From: Podarcis filfolensis
Lineage: Eukaryota
Length of the DNA: 64,000 bases
Assembly (NCBI GenBank): GCA_964270895.1
Contig: OZ185438.1
Reading direction: 5' to 3' (one strand)
The translations under genes were made by a program, and so were the position numbers. Positions 63,541 through 64,000 of this stretch are shown piece by piece; within the stretch, counting starts at the first letter, position 1; the number at the start of each line of letters is the position of its first letter. The notes beneath the pieces were generated by a model. It was not told the DNA's origin and ran no database searches. It worked only from the letters and a program-made list of their open reading frames with translations.

Positions 63541-63919
63541 GTAACGGTAAAGGACCCCTGAATGGTTAAGTCCAGTCAAAATTGACTATGGGGTGCAGCA
63601 TTCAACTTTGCTTTCAGGCCAAGGGAGCCAGCGTTCATCCGCAGACAGCTTTCCATGTCATTTGGCTAGCATGACTAAACCGCTTCTGGTGCAACGGAAC
63701 ACCATGATGGAAGCCAGAGTGCATGGAAACACCATTTACCTTCCCTCTGCTGTGGAACCTATTTATCTACTTGCACTGGTATGCTTTTGAACTGCTTCGA
63801 TGGCAGGAGCTGGGACAGAGCAATGAGAGCTCACCTCATCATGCAGATTCAAACCGCGACCTTTCGATCAGCAAGCCTAAGAAGCTCGGTGGTTTAGACC
63901 ACAGCGCCACCTGCATCCC
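63541..63919 (-). mobile_element. Sauria SINE, full length
   Basis: Reverse homolog of 37437-37805. Confidence 0.88.
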
Positions 63920-64000
63920 ATCAATTCACTTCAGCCACTGAAGTTTTTGTTGTTGTTGCAGTGCAAATGCAATTCCCCTTGATACCCGCTACACCCCCAC

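Overview
Vertebrate genomic DNA, most likely from a lacertid lizard (inferred from Sauria-SINE-like repeats and the repeat mix). The only host gene I can support is PCDH20 (protocadherin-20) on the minus strand: coding exon 1 at 57077-57223 in a CpG island, a 1.85-kb phase-0 GT-AG intron, and a large exon 2 at 52498-55230, about 959 aa in total. The remaining ~50 kb is gene-poor and rich in transposons: hAT MITEs with 8-bp TSDs, Tc1/mariner MITEs with TA TSDs, SINEs, L2/CR1/RTE fragments, solo LTRs and microsatellites. The most unusual structure is a decayed Ngaro-type tyrosine-recombinase retrotransposon at about 9.0-13.1 kb (minus; RT, RNase H, YR, SGNH hydrolase). It looks chimeric, carries two diverged hairpin-rich cassettes bounded by the same 11-12 bp inverted repeat, and has a piece of its own hydrolase ORF copied into the catalytic motif. 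Other notable items: concerted loss of the EC3-EC4 calcium-binding motifs in PCDH20, a multi-ATG/uORF start region, and a perfect 54-bp-arm palindrome at 62.1 kb. Family assignments come from motif recognition by eye; no database searches were run.
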